Shown: positions 57,829 to 60,242 of the stretch, in pieces | Numbering within the stretch: position 1 is the stretch's first letter | How the letters are laid out: every line of letters begins with the position of its first letter | Origin: a virus | Taxonomy: Duplodnaviria > Caudoviricetes | Direction: 5' to 3' (one strand) | Length of the DNA stretch: 60,242 nucleotides | IMG/VR virus record: IMGVR_UViG_3300036861_000387 | Span: 1 to 60,242 of that record | Translations under genes and position numbers: made by a program | Notes under the pieces: model-generated | The model's database searches: none | What the model was told of the DNA's origin: nothing | The model's input: only the letters and a program-made list of their open reading frames with translations

Positions 57829-58071
57829 CTAGCCGGTCCTGCTGCGCGGGATGGCCTCAGCAGGCTGGATCGGCCGGGTCTGGGCACGGGCGGCGTCCCA
57901 GCCGGTCAGCACCGCCGCCCACGCGAACTCCACCGCCGTCCACATCAGTGCTGCGGCGAATCCCAATGCCAGGAACGGCAGCATCAACAGTGACAGCAGC
58001 GCCCGGCCGAGGTCCACGTCGTGGGCGCGCTCGCCGATCCGGTCGGTGGGGACGCGGTCAAGGATCGTCAT
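57829..58071 (-). CDS. Small membrane protein between terminase and portal
   Basis: Hydrophobic core; typical position. Confidence 0.65.
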   Translation of the reverse strand: MTILDRVPTDRIGERAHDVDLGRALLSLLMLPFLALGFAAALMWTAVEFAWAAVLTGWDAARAQTRPIQPAEAIPRSRTG

Positions 58072-58080
58072 GGTGTCCTC

Positions 58081-59718
58081 TCACTCCCAGGCGACCAGCG
58101 GGATGGCGATGGGCGCAGGTTCGGGCGCCTCGTGCAGGATCCAAACGCCCATGCAGAGCGTCACCGCCGCATCAATGTGGCCCTTGGACTTGCCCTTCTT
58201 GAGCGTGAACCCGCCGCGCTCCTGCGGCACCGCGACCGCGCCCTTCACATGCGCGGCGAAGTCGGGGTCATCGTCGTGGACGATGCGCCGCTGCAGGATC
58301 AGGTCATAGGCCAGCCCGCACGCCGGAGCCATCCGCTGCGGCGACTGGTCGAACTCGATGACCTGGATCCCGTCGTCCTCCAGCAGCCGCGCCGGCACCT
58401 CGAAGAACCGCGGGTCGTACACCACGCCGCGGAATCCGAGGCCCCGGGCGTGCTGACGGATATAGACCCAGACGTCGTCGTGGGGGATACGGCCGCCGTG
58501 CTGGTCGGCCCGCCAGATCCGCGTCGTCGCCGCCAGCCGCCCGTCGGGGAGCTGCTCGATCCGGGTGACGGCCACCGAGTCGTGCCGCAGGGCCATGTCG
58601 ACGACCAGCACCCACGGGTTGGCGTCGTCCGGCGTCCAGGTGCCCTTGCAGTCCTCCCAGGCGCCCGGATGGTCCTTTAGCCAGGAATCTTCAACGATGT
58701 CGACCCAGCGGTTGGCGTAGTAGCGGATCCACTCGTGCCGGGGCATGTCGGGCTTGCCCCAGTCCCGCACCCGGCTCTCGACATCCCAGAGCACGTCGGC
58801 CGCCTGCGACGCCGCCCGCACCGCGACCCGGCGATCCTCCGGATCGTCGTAGTCCAGCCCCTCGGGGGCCTCCTGCCAGTCGAACAGCAGCTTCGGCGCA
58901 GTGCTCGGGTCGTGCAGCGCCCGCTGGCCCCGCTGGTACATCGCCCCCAGCAGCGAACGGTCCTTGTCGAACCCGGCCGTGGACAGGTCCAGAATCCGGC
59001 CGGGGCCGCGGGCGGTCATGCGTTTCTTGGTCGACTTGCCAATGACGGTATGCACCCGCGCCTTGCGGCTGCCAACCTCACCCCACTCGTGCAGCTCGTC
59101 GCCGATGAACAGGTGCGGCAGGCCGCCCTCGTTGGTCCCGGCGACCGCCGCGACCCGCTCCAGTACCCCCGGGCGACCATCGCGGAACTGGATCTTGGTG
59201 TCGTAGACCTCGAAGAAGCCGCACAGCGGTGCCTCGGTGATCTCGTCGTCCTGGCCGCCGACCATCTGCCCGGCCTTGCGGAACAGCTCGTCGGCCTGGT
59301 CCCACGCGGCTGCGGCGATCGGCACGATCGGTGAGGTCGGCGCGATCTGCGGTGGCCCGCCGAACTCCAGCAGCCCGATCGCGGCGATGAACGTCGTCTT
59401 GCCGTCCCCGGTCGCAGCGCCGCGGACGCCCTCGTCATAGCGCCACCAGCGGCACCGCCGGCAGTACTCATACCAGCGGTACAGGAACAGCTGCTGGTCT
59501 TCCCGCAGCCGGAACGGCTGCCCGAAGAAATCGCCCTCCGGCTGGATCAGGTTGTCCTGGATCCACGCGACCGCGACCGGGCCCTCGCTCGGCCACAATG
59601 CCCCACGGCGAGGCTTCCAGCCGCAGTTCTGGCAGGGCGGGTCAGCGGGCCGGGCGACTCTTGCCTTGGACGACCTTGAGGCGCGGGTCTTGGGCCTGGG
59701 GGCTGTTGCGGTTGCCAT
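58081..59718 (-). CDS. terL: Terminase large subunit
   Basis: Walker A ATGDGKTT, Walker B FIGDELHE, STAG, nuclease VVDMALRHD and HIDAAV. Confidence 0.96.
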   Translation of the reverse strand: MATATAPRPKTRASRSSKARVARPADPPCQNCGWKPRRGALWPSEGPVAVAWIQDNLIQPEGDFFGQPFRLREDQQLFLYRWYEYCRRCRWWRYDEGVRGAATGDGKTTFIAAIGLLEFGGPPQIAPTSPIVPIAAAAWDQADELFRKAGQMVGGQDDEITEAPLCGFFEVYDTKIQFRDGRPGVLERVAAVAGTNEGGLPHLFIGDELHEWGEVGSRKARVHTVIGKSTKKRMTARGPGRILDLSTAGFDKDRSLLGAMYQRGQRALHDPSTAPKLLFDWQEAPEGLDYDDPEDRRVAVRAASQAADVLWDVESRVRDWGKPDMPRHEWIRYYANRWVDIVEDSWLKDHPGAWEDCKGTWTPDDANPWVLVVDMALRHDSVAVTRIEQLPDGRLAATTRIWRADQHGGRIPHDDVWVYIRQHARGLGFRGVVYDPRFFEVPARLLEDDGIQVIEFDQSPQRMAPACGLAYDLILQRRIVHDDDPDFAAHVKGAVAVPQERGGFTLKKGKSKGHIDAAVTLCMGVWILHEAPEPAPIAIPLVAWE

Positions 59719-60172
59719 CAGCGCCTCCGTAGCGGGCGTTCATCTCCCGCAGGGAGCGCGCCTCGGTGATCGCCGCGATCCCCAACGACGCCGCGTTCAG
59801 CCCACCAATGCCGAGCTGCTTCTCGCAGGTCTCCACCGTCGCCCTGGCCTGCTCGGCAAGTTTGTACAGCGGGTTCAGGATCTCTTGCCCCATCGACCCC
59901 GTGGATACCGGGTCAGCGTCGGCCAGCACGAGCGTCCTGAAGTAGCGGTCGAGGGCGTCGACCCACCGCAACAGCACGACCTTCGCCGACGGCGTCAGCA
60001 GCAGGGCCTGCCGGTCCGACCAGAACGCCTCCCACGCGACCCTCGCCTCTGCGCAGAGGTCCGCCGATGGGTCGAACCGGTCGACCCGCAGGCCGGGAAC
60101 GATGCCGAGGTCGGCACGCTGGCCGTTGCGCTTGTCCACCGCCGTCCCGGCGGTCTTCTTGGCTCGGGGCAC
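59642..60172 (-). CDS. terS: Terminase small subunit (P27-like)
   Basis: STGSMGQEILNPL..EKQLGIG; directly upstream of terL. Confidence 0.88.
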   Translation of the reverse strand: MPRAKKTAGTAVDKRNGQRADLGIVPGLRVDRFDPSADLCAEARVAWEAFWSDRQALLLTPSAKVVLLRWVDALDRYFRTLVLADADPVSTGSMGQEILNPLYKLAEQARATVETCEKQLGIGGLNAASLGIAAITEARSLREMNARYGGADGNRNSPQAQDPRLKVVQGKSRPAR

Positions 60173-60242
60173 GGAAACTCACCGCCTGGGGAAAACGGGG
60201 GACGTGGTACCAGCGATCGACGCGAGGGGGCGCGGGGGCGAG

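Larger units (their letters stand above)
1..60242. mobile_element. Temperate actinobacteriophage genome (siphovirus-type, HK97-fold head), probably complete
   Basis: Terminase, portal, protease, capsid, tail, tape measure, lysis, integrase/repressor and replication modules are all present and no host housekeeping genes are seen. An HNH gene lies near the left end and the small terminase at the right end, so they are adjacent on circularisation. Both ends read GGCGAG. Confidence 0.95.

Overview
The window appears to be an essentially complete genome of a high-GC, temperate, long-tailed (siphovirus-type) phage of an actinobacterial host, cut near its packaging site. The minus strand from 60172 down to about 31400 carries the virion and lysis operon: terminases, HK97-type portal, protease and capsid, a large block of accessory virion proteins, neck and tail genes, a frameshifting tail chaperone, a tape measure with a lytic-transglycosylase domain, a GH26-like glycoside hydrolase, minor tail proteins, an amidase endolysin and a holin. 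The minus strand from 20344 down to about 66 is a tightly coupled early/middle operon: Cro-like HTH, MT-A70 methylase, Bet/RecT annealase, replication initiator with internal iterons plus a loader, RusA, an intein-containing methylase, HNH nucleases and dozens of small genes. The centre holds a cro/repressor/tyrosine-recombinase switch, followed by homologues of actinomycete developmental regulators (BldC-like, DUF397, XRE-DUF5753, WhiB) and a plasmid-spread-like membrane module. The most notable observations are a XerCD dif-like site, an integration-dependent-immunity layout, three leaderless antisense genes nested in the virion operon, a recurring gene-junction motif that includes an apparently empty cassette, and an unannotated small secreted disulfide peptide. 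All family calls come from motif recognition by eye; no database searches were run.
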